A stretch of 53,913 nt of DNA from Oopsacas minuta (GCA_024704765.1 JAKMXF010000085.1:27745-81657), one strand, 5' to 3'. Counted from the first letter of the stretch, positions 1-13,168 are shown. Made by a program: numbers and translations. The notes: generated from the sequence alone by a model not told the origin.

Positions 1-90
1 CAATTCTGATTTCAGATTTGGAATCAGCATCCCAAAGTTAGTCTAGGTAATATATTTTCATTTGAGGAATAAATTTGATGTTGCCCAGTG
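1..90. mobile_element. Probable Chapaev3-like (CMC) DNA transposon end
   Basis: Ends ...gatgttgcccagtg followed by TAA (CACTG terminus, 3-bp TWA-type flank); subterminal 'ctgatttcagatttggaatcagc' resembles Chapaev3 ends from recall. Confidence 0.45.
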
Positions 91-143
91 TAATCATCAC
101 AAGCCTCGAAATACGAGTTGGTTTATTTAAACGTGTCTATAGA

Positions 144-1581
144 CTAATATTTGATCTTAAAGCCATTACTCTGAATCACTAACTTCTGACGTTTTGGCAC
201 AGATTGCCAATAAGGTTTCAAAAATTCGGGTTCTATGGAATCCCAAATAGAGAGAAGTGTTTCTTCAAGTTCACTAAGATTACGAGGAGGGTTCAAATCG
301 ATCTGATGTTTGATCCAAGCCCACAAATTTTCGATCGGGTTTAGATCGGAGTTAAAAGTAGGCCATTCCATACGAGATATATCATGACTTTCACGGAAAG
401 TCTTAGCAACCTTAGACGTGTGCTTTGGATCGTTTTCTTCCTGAAGGACCAAGCCCTCAGGGTACAATACCTGAACGTGTGTAATCAGACAATCGTTTAG
501 GATATTCGTATATAATTCTTCGGTGAGGTTCTGCCTAAAAACCTTCAACACAAAGGTCCCATAAGCAGAAATTGCTCCCCAAACATGTGATTTTGGACTA
601 TGTTTGTTGCTTTGCTTGACCGCTAGTTGGTCTCCTTTGCACCACAACCTTATTCTGCCTCCAGCTAGCCAAATTGACATCTCATCGCTAAAACAACTCG
701 CTCCCAGTCAGTTTGTTTGTTATTCTTAGTCCACAATACTCTTTGTTGTTTGTGTCGATCTGTTAGCATAGGAATATTCTATGCAATCTTGTGGGTGTAC
801 CCTCTCCTCTATAATTCCTTCCTGGCCGTCTCATGGGATAAACCTTTCTGACGAAGATGATTGAATCGACTGGCCAATTTTCGGATGGACATCTTGCGAT
901 TCTGATTTGCCAAGCTTACAAGATATCTAGCATCGTTCACATGTAATATTCTCTGTTTTCTGGTTCCAGATTTCCTCTGTATATCACCGCCCTGACGAAA
1001 TTTGGCTAATATGCGGAAAACAGTGCTCCTCGGGATAGCTATTCGCTGATATATTTCGCTACTACTTGTAACCCCCGCATCGAATAATTTGTGGATGAGG
1101 TCTCTTCGTTCTAACTCCACTATACTGATTTTGCATTTCGACACAAAAGAAAATATTAGCCAAAGACTGATATTGAAGCGGTCTATAGGAATATAGCAGA
1201 TATTTTCAGGAATGTGTATTCTAAGTAGGTTATTCGTGTATTCTAGAATCAATTAACTAATGGTAACTTAACATACATGTATAAATGAATCAGAAAACAA
1301 ATGCGTTTCATATCTAACCATAGCAAATGAAGAAATTCTGAAAATATACACAATTATACGAAAGTCTCTAGTACATCTTGACCTACTGTACTTCGATAAT
1401 TGTCAACCTTTGCGTTTCCATCGATGAATTTGTCTAGATAAAACTATGAGATGTTAAGATGAACAGTTTAGAATATTTATAAGACTATAAAGAAGCATGA
1501 AAAGCAAAACCAATTACCCAGCTTTACCCTAAAATCATTGTCATGTACTAGCGTATGGGACAGAACTTATGGGTCACCCTG
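144..1581 (-). mobile_element. Decayed Tc1-type (DD34E) transposon
   Basis: HTH region in ORF 809-1252; catalytic region QEENDPKH...WPTFNSDLNPIENLW with 34-residue spacing; one TIR-like end (cagggtgacccataagttctg on minus) at 1581 next to TA; other TIR not found. Confidence 0.85.
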
Positions 1582-1589
1582 TACAATAT

Positions 1590-2116
1590 TCATGCTATGG
1601 AGTAGGAAGTTTTTATTGTTATCGAGCATGTATTCAGGTACAGTAGTATCATTCTATAATGACCTCTGGATAATATCCTGAGAAAGCCCAAATGGAAAGC
1701 GCTGAGTTGATCAAATATTTTCTAACTCTATAGATTGCTCATATCCTGCACATCCTCATTTACAGGTATGCATTATCCTCAATATTTTGCTTCCTGTACA
1801 TCCCAAATCATATGTGGAGAGGGAGTTCATGAAACCAAGTTCTCAGCTTGTAGAAGTATTAGAACTGTTTCACTCGGATTACAATCGATATAAGCTCTGT
1901 ATGAAGCCAGTCAAGCATTGCAGAAATAGGAACAGTTAAGTCTCAGTGTAATGATCACGCAAAGAAAGAGATAATAATGTAAACTTAAGAGGAGTATTTA
2001 GGGTTGTTGATGGCACACACATTAGTATTCGTATTCAAGGACATTGCTAGAATAAAACAGATAAAGTGAAACAGCACATATGCCATTCATTCAATGTACA
2101 AGCTATCTGACTAGAT
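1590..2116 (+). pseudogene. PIF/Harbinger transposase fragment, cut by a hAT insertion
   Basis: Manual translation across frameshifts gives VVDGTHISIR and HSFNVQAI motifs; ends at the hAT TIR at 2117. Confidence 0.7.
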
Positions 2117-2226
2117 CAGGGGTCTCCAAACTGTGGCTCGCGGGTAAGTTCTTCGTCGCTCTGGACATCTATCAATCCAATGCCCAAATTTTTTAAGAAT
2201 ATATTACTTTGATTTTTCTGTGTATA

Positions 2227-3560
2227 CAGGGTGTCCAGTAATTATTGATACCTTCATAAGTTGCTATAAGTTTCGAACACTACCCACCATTTATTCATTC
2301 ATCTACCTATATAATCTCCTTCTAATTCTATGCATTTTGCAATTCTATTCGGCATGCCTACTATTAAATTTCGAGGACCCAAGAATTTAAGTTTGGCCAA
2401 GCATTTTTCAGAAGTAATATGAGGTTTTGAAGGTTGTTCGGCTGGGTGCCTCCTCAAGCTTCTGCTTGAGTATTGCCCCCAAGATTTTCAATGGGATTCA
2501 GGTCTGGCGAATTACCTGGCCACACTTCTTTCCGCCAAAATTACGTAAGTGTTTATAACTCCATTCTTGCGAAATTTTGGCCCTGTGAGATGGAGCACCA
2601 TTTTGCATCAATATCGATTTCAACGGGTCTAGAAGCATTCTCTTCTGCAAGATATTTCCTGTCTTCATTTGCGTTTAATTGCATCTCTACAGGTTTTGAG
2701 CAATATCTCATCCGTATAAAAGGCGGCATTTATATTTTGTTTAGGAGGCATTATGTGCAATTCAGAGACCGCTTGATAGCTCATCATGCCCCACACCATG
2801 ACTCTTTGAGGAAATTTTACTGTTTGCTGAGGGGGCATATTTGCTGAACTCTTTGCCAAAATTCGGTCATTTTTGATGGTTGGAAGGATGAAAAAGTTCA
2901 AATGGAGACTTATCACTCCAAAGAATGCATTTCCAATCATCCACTGACCAATTTCGATATTTTTGGCAGAACAAAGTCTGTTTTCCTTATGTTTTGGTCT
3001 CAATTTCGGTTGTTTGGGCCTTTTGAAGGGTTGAGCGCCAATAGACTTCTTCAAATAAGAGTGTACAGTACTTTTCGAAATAGAATGTCCTTTAGATTCG
3101 AATTTTGTACTCACTTCCTTATGGACTGATGTCTTTTCCCAACGACATTGATATTATCATCTTTGCAACTGGATTCAATTCTGGCGGCCTTCCTGCACCA
3201 GGTCTATGATGCAGACTCTGGTTGTTGATATGGCGTTTCTACTACCTTTTAATAATGGTAATTCCCTTACCAAGACCACTAGCTACATCTTCCTGTGCCA
3301 TGCCGCCTTCTATCATACCAATTGCACGTGAACAAATTTCAATATTCATGATAATGACGCTAATAAATATAGGAAATCGTGGTTAAATAAATTATATAAA
3401 ATTTCACTAAGTTTTTGATATTTGAAATTCAAAAATTGCGAAAAAGAATGAATCGGTAATGAACATGATTTAAAATATCATTATACATACTTAGGAAACA
3501 GCATAAATCAAATTATGGCCAAATAGAAATTCATGGTATCAATTATTTCTGGACACCCTG
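2227..3560 (-). mobile_element. Full-length decayed TRT (DD37E) Tc1-like element
   Basis: TIRs cagggtgtccagtaattattgatacc / cagggtgtccagaaataattgatacc, TA on both sides; DGAPSH...WPGNSPDLNPIE spacing 37 after correcting one frameshift. Confidence 0.88.
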
Positions 3561-3622
3561 TACAGTTGTATTGTTGAATTTGCTAGAATTGCACTTGTTT
3601 GATTTCATTTAGGGTCTATTTA

Positions 3623-4928
3623 CGAAGAGTACTCAATAATCTTTGAGCCTAAGTATCAAAAAGTATCAATCTATATCTATTTTTACTATAATAGTTCGAA
3701 ATAGCATCCCTTAGCTTGAAATACACTTGTTCATTCGTTTAAAACAAGCTTTAATAGCTTCTTTAAATTCACTTACGCTGATGTCTCCGATCACTTCTTT
3801 GAAACCCCCCTCAAGTTCAGAATTCGATGAAAATTTTCTGCCTTTGAGGTATGTTTTATTAGGAAAGAACCAGAAGTCGCAGGGTGCTAGATCTGGAGAA
3901 TAAGGGGGAGTGTCAAAATATATAGTCCTGATTCTTCAATGAATTGTCTTGTCATTTTTGAAGTATGAGAACTAGCATTATCGTGGAGCAAAAAAAAGGT
4001 TCCCCTTAATCCTGTGCCAGGACCCTGTCAATTTACTGTTTTTGTGACACAAGGTAAAAAACTCTCTGTATACCAGGTTGAATTAATTGTCTTACCAGGT
4101 TCAAGAGGTACAACACTTTTAACACCCGTTGTATTAAAAAAAATTGCATACATTTGTTTCTTTGTGTACTGAGTTCTGCGTACCTTTGTTGGTGGACCTT
4201 CTCCAATTTCACACCATTAACGGCTCTGCTGCTTTGTTTCTAGATCATGGTGATAGATGCATGTTTAGTCACCAATTATTATCTTGGAAACATCCCCACT
4301 GTTGCCATTGTTGAGTATTTTAAGCATTTCATGGCACCATTTCACTCGATACTGCTTCTGCTCAGGGTGAGGCTGATGTGGGATCCAGCGGGCACAAAGT
4401 TTACGTAGCTGAAGGGATTGGATTTAAACGGTGTGTACTGCCCCGGATGAAATGCCAATTTCGTGCTGAATCCTCTCATATGTAACATTTAGGTCTGCCA
4501 TCACCATGTACTCAGTTGGCTCAACAATGCCCTCTGTAACAGCATATGGGGGTGGTCTGGGCAGTGTTGGTCTTGAAGATGAATATTCCCACACTTAAAT
4601 TCTCTGTACAAACTTTTCACTAATGCCGCAGATACCTTGTTATTTGGAAAGGCTGTACAGAAATTTTCGTGACAATCCTTTATTGATTTCAAAAGTTGGA
4701 ACTGAAAAAGTGTTATCTCACGAGTATCACGCCTTGACAACTGTATTGAGGATTTGGTAACTGGAGAATCTAAGGATAATACAACCAATGCTATCTGAAA
4801 AATATACAAGATTTATTACAAGATTTTCAGCGATGTATATTCATCCTATGTTTATTCGAAACAAGTAATGGTTTACATATAAAAGAGCTCGCAATATAGT
4901 CAGGCTCAAACTCTTTGAGTACCCCTCC
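3623..4928 (-). mobile_element. Full-length decayed mariner (DD34D)
   Basis: Imperfect TIRs ending in tttgagcct, TA flanks; RKLCARWIPH and YSPDLAPCDFWFFP motifs; C-terminus KGCYFEL*. Confidence 0.88.
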
Positions 4929-6781
4929 TAGTATTGTGATATGTAAATTGAAATATAATCTTAACAATACTAGTATTATATATATATTGATTAATCTTGT
5001 ATTTACCAAGCTAACGACATTCTTCATCAAGGATATTCAAACATTTTACTGAGTTGCAAGATGGTGTCATATCTGTCCTAAAAGCTTAAGATATTTCAAG
5101 GAAATAGACTCTTCCGTGTCGATTGGGAGATTGAGTTTTCTTGCCGAGGACAGAGAGAAAACATATGTCTGATTTGCCGTGATACCGTTGCTTGCAATAA
5201 GAGAAGAAATCTGGAAAAGTATTATAATACTAAACATGGAGAAGATTTCACTAGTAATGTTGGGAAGCTCGTCAGTTTAATCTTGATCAAATGAAGAAAA
5301 GTTTGACTACGGAGCAGTCAATCTTCAAAATAGTGGATACCTCCCGACAGTAGGTACAGCAGCAAGTTATGCCATTAGTAATATTTTTGCAATGTGAATG
5401 AAACCATTTACAGATGGTGAGTATATCAAAGAGTGCCTAGCTGTGTTTATAGATAATCGCTGTCCAGACAAGAAATCTCTTGAACAACAGCTTAGTCTTA
5501 GTGATACACCCGTAATGCGACGTGTAGAACCAATTTCGAATAATTTTAATGGACAACTTTAAGAAATGGCTCGAGACTTCACTTCTTTCATCATCGCAAT
5601 AGATGAAAGCAATGACATTTTTAATGTGGAACAATTAGTCATCTGAATTTGGGAAGTTGAGGGTAACTTCAAAATAACCGAGAAAATGTTATCACTCAGT
5701 CCTATGTATGGAAAAGCCCGCGGTATTGATATTTTTGATGAAGTACAGAAAGTCTTATCAAAAGCTTCTTTACCGATCACGAAACTGTCTCAAGTTACAT
5801 CAGACGGAGCGCCGTCCATACTTGGAATAGGAAGTGGCTTTAAGGGACAGTTGTCGCGGTAGTTAGCTGCTAATGGCCGTGACGGAATGATATGCTGCCA
5901 CTGTATTATTCACCAGGATGTTTTATGCGCAAAAACATTTGCATTAAAAACATTAAGAAACTTAGTGTTGATGCTGTGAATTTCATCAGAGCTAAGAGAA
6001 TCAACCATAGAAAATTCAATCATGTTTTAAAAGAGCTAGATTCAGAGTACGGTGATGTACTCTATTTCATAGCAGTTTGGTGGTTTAGTAGAGGAGCAGT
6101 TCTTAAAAGAGTGGATGTTACGCGACAAGATGTCGTGCTTTATTGAGGAAAAGGGGAATAAGGTTCCTGAACTTAACATCCAGCTAGGCTCAGGGATGTA
6201 GCATTTTTGGTGGATATCACAACTCATCTAAACAGTTTAATTTCTGCTCTACAAGGTATATGAAGCTTATTCATGAGCTTTTTGGTACCATATGTGCTAT
6301 TGACGCGATGCTTAGGTGTATTTGAGGCGCAGCTCTCAAAAAAACTTCTCACACTTTTCGGAGCTTCGATCTATGGAAATCCTGACGGAAAAAGATATGC
6401 AAAGATGCTTTCACATCTGATAGAAAAATTCAAAACTCGATTCGTAAATTTTAGAAGGAGGGACAGAAAATTATGCTCTTCACTCAGCCTTTCTGTTTTG
6501 ATGTCCAGTGTGCTTCTGATGAAATTCAGCAGGAGCTTGTTGATCTACAAGCCAATATTAATTTGAAAAGAAAGTTTAGGAGATAAGATTAGATGAGATA
6601 TCCAAGAATCAGTATTTTAGACTTCTACAAATTCCTACCAACTGATACATATCCATTTATTCATGAACACGCAAGGAGTATGGCCAGCTTATTTGGGAGT
6701 ACTTACACTTGTGAAGCCCTCTTCTGCAAAATGAAGTATACGAAGAATAGGTATCGGTCAAATATGCCGGATGAACATCTA

Positions 6782-7037
6782 CAGGGTGGCTTTTAAGTTA
6801 TGTCCCATGCAAAAACTATTATTTATCAATATATATATATAGCTTGGTAATGATATTTATTGCTCCAATTTATGATTCAGAGACAAAACATATTTCTCGA
6901 ATTTTACTCAATATAGCCTCCCTCATTTTGTATTACACGTGTAATTCGATCTGGCAAGGCCTCAATAGCAGCACGGAGGGTTTTTTGGGGAATTTTATTC
7001 CACTCTTGGCAAAGTTTCCTCTTCAGTGACTTGATAC
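6782..7037 (-). mobile_element. 3' end of a maT/Tc1-like element, truncated at contig join N7038
   Basis: TA then cagggtggcttttaag TIR; C-terminus EWNKIPQKTLRAAIEALPDRITRVIQNEGGYIE*. Confidence 0.75.
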
Positions 7038-7038
7038 N

Positions 7039-7483
7039 GTTCTTCCGGAAATCGAAAAACATTATATTGAACGTCGGCCAGCCACGGGTCTTAGAGGAAT
7101 CAAAATTTTGCATGATAATGCCAGACCGCACAAATCTAAGGAAGTCAAGGAAAAGATTGCTTCTATAGCTCTTAAGGAATTGGAACATCCACTCTATAGC
7201 CCTGTCCTAGCACCTTGCGACTTCTGGCTATTCGATGGGCTCAAAAAGCACCTAGCAGGTACAGTTTTTGGAGAACGGATGCAAATTGGAAGGCCATCCA
7301 ACGGTACCTCAGAGACATACCACAAGAAGAGTATAAAAAACATTTTTCAAGTGGATAGAGCGTTTAAAGCTTGTAGTTGAGCACAAGGGCGACTACTTTG
7401 AACATTTATAGTAGCATTTGAGGCTTATCTCACTTATATAAAACAAATATTCTAAGAGTTACGAATTAAATGAATACCCTTTG
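7039..7483 (+). mobile_element. 3' half of a mariner (5' half at 22269-22564)
   Basis: HDNARPH...HPLYSPVLAPCDFWLF (DD34D); right TIR reads caaagggtattc on minus, similar to caaagggatttc at 22269. Confidence 0.85.
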
Positions 7484-7485
7484 TA

Positions 7486-7557
7486 TATATTAACCTAAAC
7501 CCATTCGCTGAACTTCTAGCTTAATTTAAATTTGTGCAGAACTTATGCCTAACCCTG
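7486..7557. mobile_element. Detached right end of the maT copy that begins at 21072
   Basis: Closely matches 43535-43605, the right end of the intact maT copy; ends in cagaacttatgcctaaccctg + TA. Confidence 0.85.
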
Positions 7558-7988
7558 TACTGGGATATAGCGACTACATGATGAGGTCATATTTACTCAC
7601 TCCTTATCGCCAACCAATTTCTACTCCCCAATTTAACTACAACTATGCACATAAGAGGACAAGAGGTATTGTTGAACAGACATTTAGGCGATGGAAACGA
7701 AGATTCCACGGTCTTCATGGGGAGCTCAGGATGAGTCTAGTTAAAGTTTGTTTCATCATGGTTGTTTGTGCAGTATTGCATAACATAGCAATACAGTGGT
7801 AACAACCTCTCTTAGGGGCTGAAGTCTCCGATGATTCCTATCCGGATGATGTTTTTGACTTTGAAGAAACTGTTGGACATTTGGCATCAAAGCATTATAG
7901 GGATCAATTTCTATTCATAATTTCAGCAACTAAATTCACATAGTATATATGCTGTAATGTAGATATGTAAACATTTTGCACAGTTTGT
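7558..7988 (+). pseudogene. C-terminal half of a PIF/Harbinger transposase (N-terminal half at 20430-21071)
   Basis: LGYSDY..YLLTPY...AHKRTRGIVEQTFRRWKRRF...CAVLHN (DDE_Tnp_4-type motifs); joins in frame to ...GEDI at 21071 across the TA duplication. Confidence 0.85.
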
Positions 7989-7990
7989 TA

Positions 7991-8347
7991 CAGGGTGATT
8001 CAAAAGAAATGCAACCCAAAGTGTTTTACGGGTACCCTATCTCTATTTCTTAACTAATCCTATTTATTCTTTTTGATTATGATTAGTTTGACTCTAAACG
8101 ATCAGAAAATGCCAAATTGGATTCTGCAACGCCGAAATTTCTGCGTGGGACATCATAGTAATACCTCCTCATACGAGACTGTAAAGACGCAATTTCGTAC
8201 ATCATTACAGGCCCAAATTGCTCCCGATAAATCGATGATCTATCGTTGGGTGGAGAAGTTTAGGAAGTATGGGACAGTTCAAAACCTCAATAGTAAGTGT
8301 GATGACAGACTAACGCATTCTGGTCGGAGAAAGAAACGAACAGCAAA
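7991..8347 (+). mobile_element. 5' end of a DD41D-type (rosa/Visitor-like) element, truncated at N8348
   Basis: TA then cagggtgattc TIR; N-terminal HTH ...SMIYRWVEKFRKYGTV, similar in type to the element at 10220-11578. Confidence 0.65.
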
Positions 8348-8348
8348 N

Positions 8349-8699
8349 AAATAGGCTCACCCACCTTCTGACAGTTGAATACGATAAAGTATCTTCTCCA
8401 CATATCGTTGCCAACTCGTCATGAATAGACTTTGGAGAGATTTCGAGAATGGTGCGAAATTTGATGTACGTTCGTTGTCCAAGTTCCCAAAAATTCAGAC
8501 AAGCTATGAAAAATGTAAAGGAGAAAATGTATGTTTCTAAAAAATAACTGAAACTTGGGAAATAATTAAGTGATCAACTCTCTCTAAGTTTTGTTAGAAA
8601 GTTGAAATATGGCTCTATATAATTGCACTGAGAAATACAAGCTTAGAACTGCTATTACTTTAAAAATATAGGATGATTAATATATATTGAATGTCCCTG
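8349..8699 (-). mobile_element. 5' part of a mariner (3' part at 26790-27410)
   Basis: QRTYIKFRTILEISPKSIHDELATICGEDTLSYSTVRRWV; TIR cagggacattcaat (minus) matches caggggaattcaat at 26790. Confidence 0.8.
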
Positions 8700-8701
8700 T
8701 A

Positions 8702-9355
8702 TTTCTGTTATATCATTGTGGTATGAAATCATATAATGCTATTCAGTATAATCGTGATACGACACAATCAGTGATGTTGTCTCACGGTCTTCCTGGAGTA
8801 CGTATTCGAACGTGTGGTGTTGAATTTGCTTGTCAACTTCCTAATAGACATTTATCTGTTGTTTCGAGCTAGTTTGCCAAGTGAAACGGTATCGTTCTTG
8901 CTGATAACTCTGCCTTTTCCGGAACCTCTCTTCCTCTCAATTGAAATAGTGGCTCGGAGTTTAGAAATTGTTCGATAAACTGTGCTCTTCGGAAGGCCTG
9001 TGCGACAAGAAACCTCCATCGCTTTCGTAATACCGAACAGGTATAAGGTCCTAATCATGTCTCGGTGCATTTGCTCCTTTATTTAGAGCAAGTTCGATAT
9101 AAAATTCAAATGATATGAGAATAATTTTCAACGAAAATACAAAAAATATTCAAATATAGTATGCAATTTAGCATTTACAATAGTTTGGATGAAAATACAT
9201 TTGCAGTGTTAGAAAATAATTTTAAAGAGTACATGCATAGAAATGTGATATATCTACGAATACAACAAGTAGAATGGACTTTAGAATATATGGTTGCGTT
9301 ATAACAAGCGAAATAACCAGAATACCAAGATTCCCAATTTCATCTTGTCACACTG
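8702..9355 (-). mobile_element. 5' part of an internally deleted Tc1-type element (other end at 26577-26787)
   Basis: HTH ORF 8852-9070; TIR cagtgtgacaagatgaaattggg (minus) matches cagtgtgacagggtgaaattggg at 26577. Confidence 0.8.
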
Positions 9356-9993
9356 TGCTGAAGTAAAAAGGCAAAATATTACTCCATCATTGTTGACTCA
9401 AGCCCAGATACCAGTCATGTAGACCATCTTGTGGTCGTGATCCGTTATATTCACCCCCATCGACATGGACCTGTCGATCGCTTTCTTACCTTCATCCCCA
9501 TTTTCTCACACACTGGGCAGTCACTTGCAATGTAACACTCGAATTGCTTCATAGACTAGGAATTCATCTTGGAGGCAACTGGGACAGTGTTACGATAACG
9601 CTGCAATTATGTGTGGGAAGTATAACAGGATGCAAAAGAAAATTCTTGAACATACCCCTCTTGCAATCTATCTTCCATGCTCACCACACTCTTTAAATTT
9701 GGTAGGACAGGCAGCGGTTTCATCTGTCGATAGAGCAACGATTTTTTTCATTTTCATACAGAACGTGTATACTTTTTTCGCAGCATCTACTTACGGATGC
9801 AAAGTATTGACCAATCACTTTGGAGATAGGCTAGACCAAAGAATCTCGCTGATACGCGATGGTCGGTACACGCTCAGGCGATAAGTGCTTTGAAAGAAGG
9901 TTATGATCAGCTGGACGAGGCATCGCAGGAGATTGCAAAGACTTGTAACAATGCCATCTACTCGACATGAAGCTGAAAATCTGTGTGCTACAC
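9356..9993 (+). pseudogene. hAT transposase central fragment (ZMYM1/Tip100-like); upstream part at 26230-26576
   Basis: KYYSIIVDSSPDTSHVD, CYDNAAIM and CSPHSLNLV motifs; ends at CACAGTG. Confidence 0.8.
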
Positions 9994-12836
9994 CACAGTG
10001 TGCTGATATGGCGTATTTGGCAAAATTTCAATTATGAATTAATAACGTTTTAGTGAATCTCCATCGTCGAATTATTAGGAAAATATTGATGATTTTATGT
10101 ATGACCCATAGGAATTTCAATTACAGCGAGCTAAAGTAAGCATATTTTAGATTATTATAAATAGCTAGCCGTAATAATAAATACCTAACTACCATAGCAA
10201 CAATTTTCTTTCAAATATACAGGGTGTGCCACGGGAGTCTGATCAAAAGTAAATTGCTCTCATTTGAAAACGAAACAATAAAACTTAATTCTGTAAAAAG
10301 ATTTTTAAAATATAGATAAATAGCTTTGTGAATACATCATCCTTTCTTCTTCAGCCATTAATCAGGTGCCCGATCCATGCCCCTTTCCTACCCAGCACTC
10401 TTTGTAGTCTGACAAGTACATTATCGTACACTTTAGCCAGAGTTCTCCATTAATTTTCATGATTTCTCTTCTGATGTTCATCGTGAGGTCCTCTAGGGTC
10501 TTAGGAACAGGATCCCTATACACAACTGACTTCAGGTAGCCCCACAGGTAAAAATCGCAAGGATTAAGGTCCGGAGAATATGGGGGCCAGAAGTTGTCAA
10601 ATCCACGGCCAATCACCCTGTCACCGAACTTCTCTTATAGCCAGCCCCTAACTAAATTGGCATAGTGTGGGGGTGCTCCATCCTGATGGAAAGTAATAGT
10701 ATTCAGCTCACCATGTCTCCTGATGTTGGGAAGGTAGAATCCGTTCAGCATTGCCAGGTATCTCCACCGGTTCACCGTACAGGTCTTACCATCCTCATCT
10801 TCAAAAAAGTACGGGCCTATGATCCGGTCATGGGCAACTGCACACCAAGCACCCAACTTTTCAGTGCTCAAGGGTCTCTGGGCAATAGATTCTGGCTTCT
10901 CCAATGCCCAAAACCTCATGTTCTGCTTGTTAACATGTCCTGAAAGATGAAAGTTTGCCTCGTCTGACCAATGAACTTCAGTGATCTTCAAAATTTCTTC
11001 CTCAATCTTCTTGGAAATGTACGTGACAAATTGGACCTTCTTCTTCTGATTTGATTCACTTTTCTTTTGCTGCATCTGTATTTTGTAAGGAAAGGCTCCA
11101 ATGTCATCATTAAGGATCCTCCTCATTGAGCTCCTACTGATTGCAGCCTCTGCAGATAGCCTTCTTGTTGCGCGATGGGGTGAATCTGCCAGTTTCATCT
11201 TGATTTTTTTAATGTTTTCAGGGGTTCTAACAGTCTTCTTGGGTCCCTTTCGTTTTCTATTGCCTACCGTACCACCCTCCTCGATCCTCGTGACAATATT
11301 CATGATTGTGCTCCTTGCAGGAGCCTTCAATCTCTTGTAATCCACCTTGAAAGCTCGTTAGCCCGAAACAACACTTCTCCCGTTTTCAATATACCAGTAG
11401 AGTAACTTCACTTTGACATCCTGCTGGAGCCACATTGCATAAACCTAAGGGTAGTTTGGTTAGTATTTTTTAAAAACTATTTATCTCAGCTTAAAATGAA
11501 TGGTAAACCACTGAATTCTGACAAAAATTGCACGTGCTAGAGCAGTTTACTTTAGATCAGTCTTCCGTGGCCACCCTGTATACAGTATAACGTGTGTGAT
11601 TAATCATTAATTTTGAGGTATTTCTTATATTAGATCAGTTTATGCAATTATTATAAGTATCATTATTTCCAAAAAGTTTGGTTGGCTGTCTAGTTTAAAA
11701 GGCCTGGAATGAAATATTTTGGTTTTAATATAGTGTTTGGAGTGCGCAGTTTCTTATTGATGATACTAATATTTTACAGGAAGAACATGATACTATTCTA
11801 TATAAGTTCAAGTCCCATATAACATCCAGAGAGTATTACCAGCAGGAGAGTGATCTTGAGACCTGGGAGAATTTGACCTTCCATTCATATACTGCACTTC
11901 TATCAACTTCCATTCCGAGAGAGAAGAGAGTTTCACTTGATCCTGGACTAGAACCTTTTCGTAGAATTTCCATTTCTGAAAGTCAAAATTTCTCTGAAGA
12001 AATTGTCCATGATTCCAGAAAGCATTTACTTGATTGCAGTCATCAACTTCCATATGTAGACTTTTGGACCATATCATTTCTTAGCTGAAAGAGAAAATGT
12101 CGAGCCTTAACAACTGCGTGCTCTTGCTTTAGAATAAACATCTAACAATTCTTACGATCGCGATACCTCACAAGTGTGTAAGGAGATCATCAACAAGGGT
12201 CTTTTAGTGGAATCTTGCACAAAGCGCTAATCTATAAATCTGCCTATTGTTGAACAGTTTAGAGATTGGAGCGAGCAAATATAAAATTTAAAAAGTCCTT
12301 AAATTTCAGTTAAATTACCATTCTATGAGCTTGTCTCCAGATATCGTCGAGAAATAACTTTGATTTATGAGATTGGGATAATCCATGATCCTGAAGGTTA
12401 CTCAATTGGAACTTGTATCTCCTAGCATTCGATACTAAACCTTACAGTCGAACGCTTGATTTCAACGTTAGTGCCAATTTCTATTTCACAATATGCACTC
12501 ACAGTTATGATATCAAATGGATTAGATGGTTCCGAGTCTCATCGCAGCTATAACCAACAAAATAATAACCCTGTCTTCAGTACTAAATGTTTCATCTTAT
12601 TTGGATTCAAAATATTATCAATAGCAGAAACACTGGAAGCAATGTTTTCCACAATCATTCTCCTAACTTCCCCTTTTGTTTCAGACCGGTTGCGTTGATA
12701 TCATTGAAAGAGGATTATAATAATGTTCATTTTATCATGGATAAAATTTTTAATCCCAAACCAACCAAATATTGGTGAACGGATTATCCCTATAGGAGGA
12801 CATGTACAAGTTGATATTGTCCGTTCTCTCTTTGAC
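9994..12836 (+). mobile_element. RAG1-like/Transib element no. 2 (5' end plus decayed N-terminal and central transposase), interrupted by a DD41D element
   Basis: CACAGTG at 9994-10000 followed by AT-rich subterminal sequence; LEIGASKY, NGLDGSESHRSYNQ, PNFPFCFRPVAL and VDIVRSLFD parallel the 52-53 kb protein. Linking the 9994 end to the coding part is inferred. Confidence 0.7.
10220..11578 (-). mobile_element. Full-length DD41D (rosa/Visitor-like) Tc1/mariner element with few lesions
   Basis: TIRs cagggtgtgccacgggagtctgatc / cagggtggccacggaagactgatc, TA flanks; WSDEANF, QDGAPPH and WPPYSPDLNPCD with 41-residue spacing. Confidence 0.92.
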
Positions 12837-12930
12837 CAGGGTGACCAGACATCCTTTTTTTGGCCAACCTATCCTTTTTTGTGGTTTTTTTGTCCTTTTT
12901 TGCCCTTTTTTCTCTGGATTCTAATGACTC
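12837..12930. mobile_element. hAT-like terminus (agggtgacca...) truncating Transib no. 2
   Basis: cagggtgaccagacatcc followed by T-rich subterminal repeats, immediately after the Asp codon of LFD. Confidence 0.45.
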
Positions 12931-13168
12931 TTTAATTTATATGAAATACATAGAGTGGATTGTAACTTATCGTATACGCTTACTGATTCTCTCTTCAGAA
13001 TCACTATAATTCATAATTCGGGTTCATTATTCTTACCTACCTTATTACATATTGTATAACAATATTACTAATTCTGTTTTATTTCCTGACTCTATTGAAC
13101 TAAAATCAATTTTCAGAGATTAGCATGTACTACTATCGTTCAATGTTCAGTGATATACATATACATTG

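Larger units (their letters stand above)
2117..6780 (+). mobile_element. Decayed hAT element (SPIN/GTF2IRD2-like, Buster group) carrying two nested insertions
   Basis: TIR caggggtctccaaact preceded by gactagat (NNNTANNN); degraded coding 5030-6790 with TSDGAPS, HCIIHQ and FGSTYTCEALF motifs; 3' end cut by the element at 6782. Confidence 0.8.
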
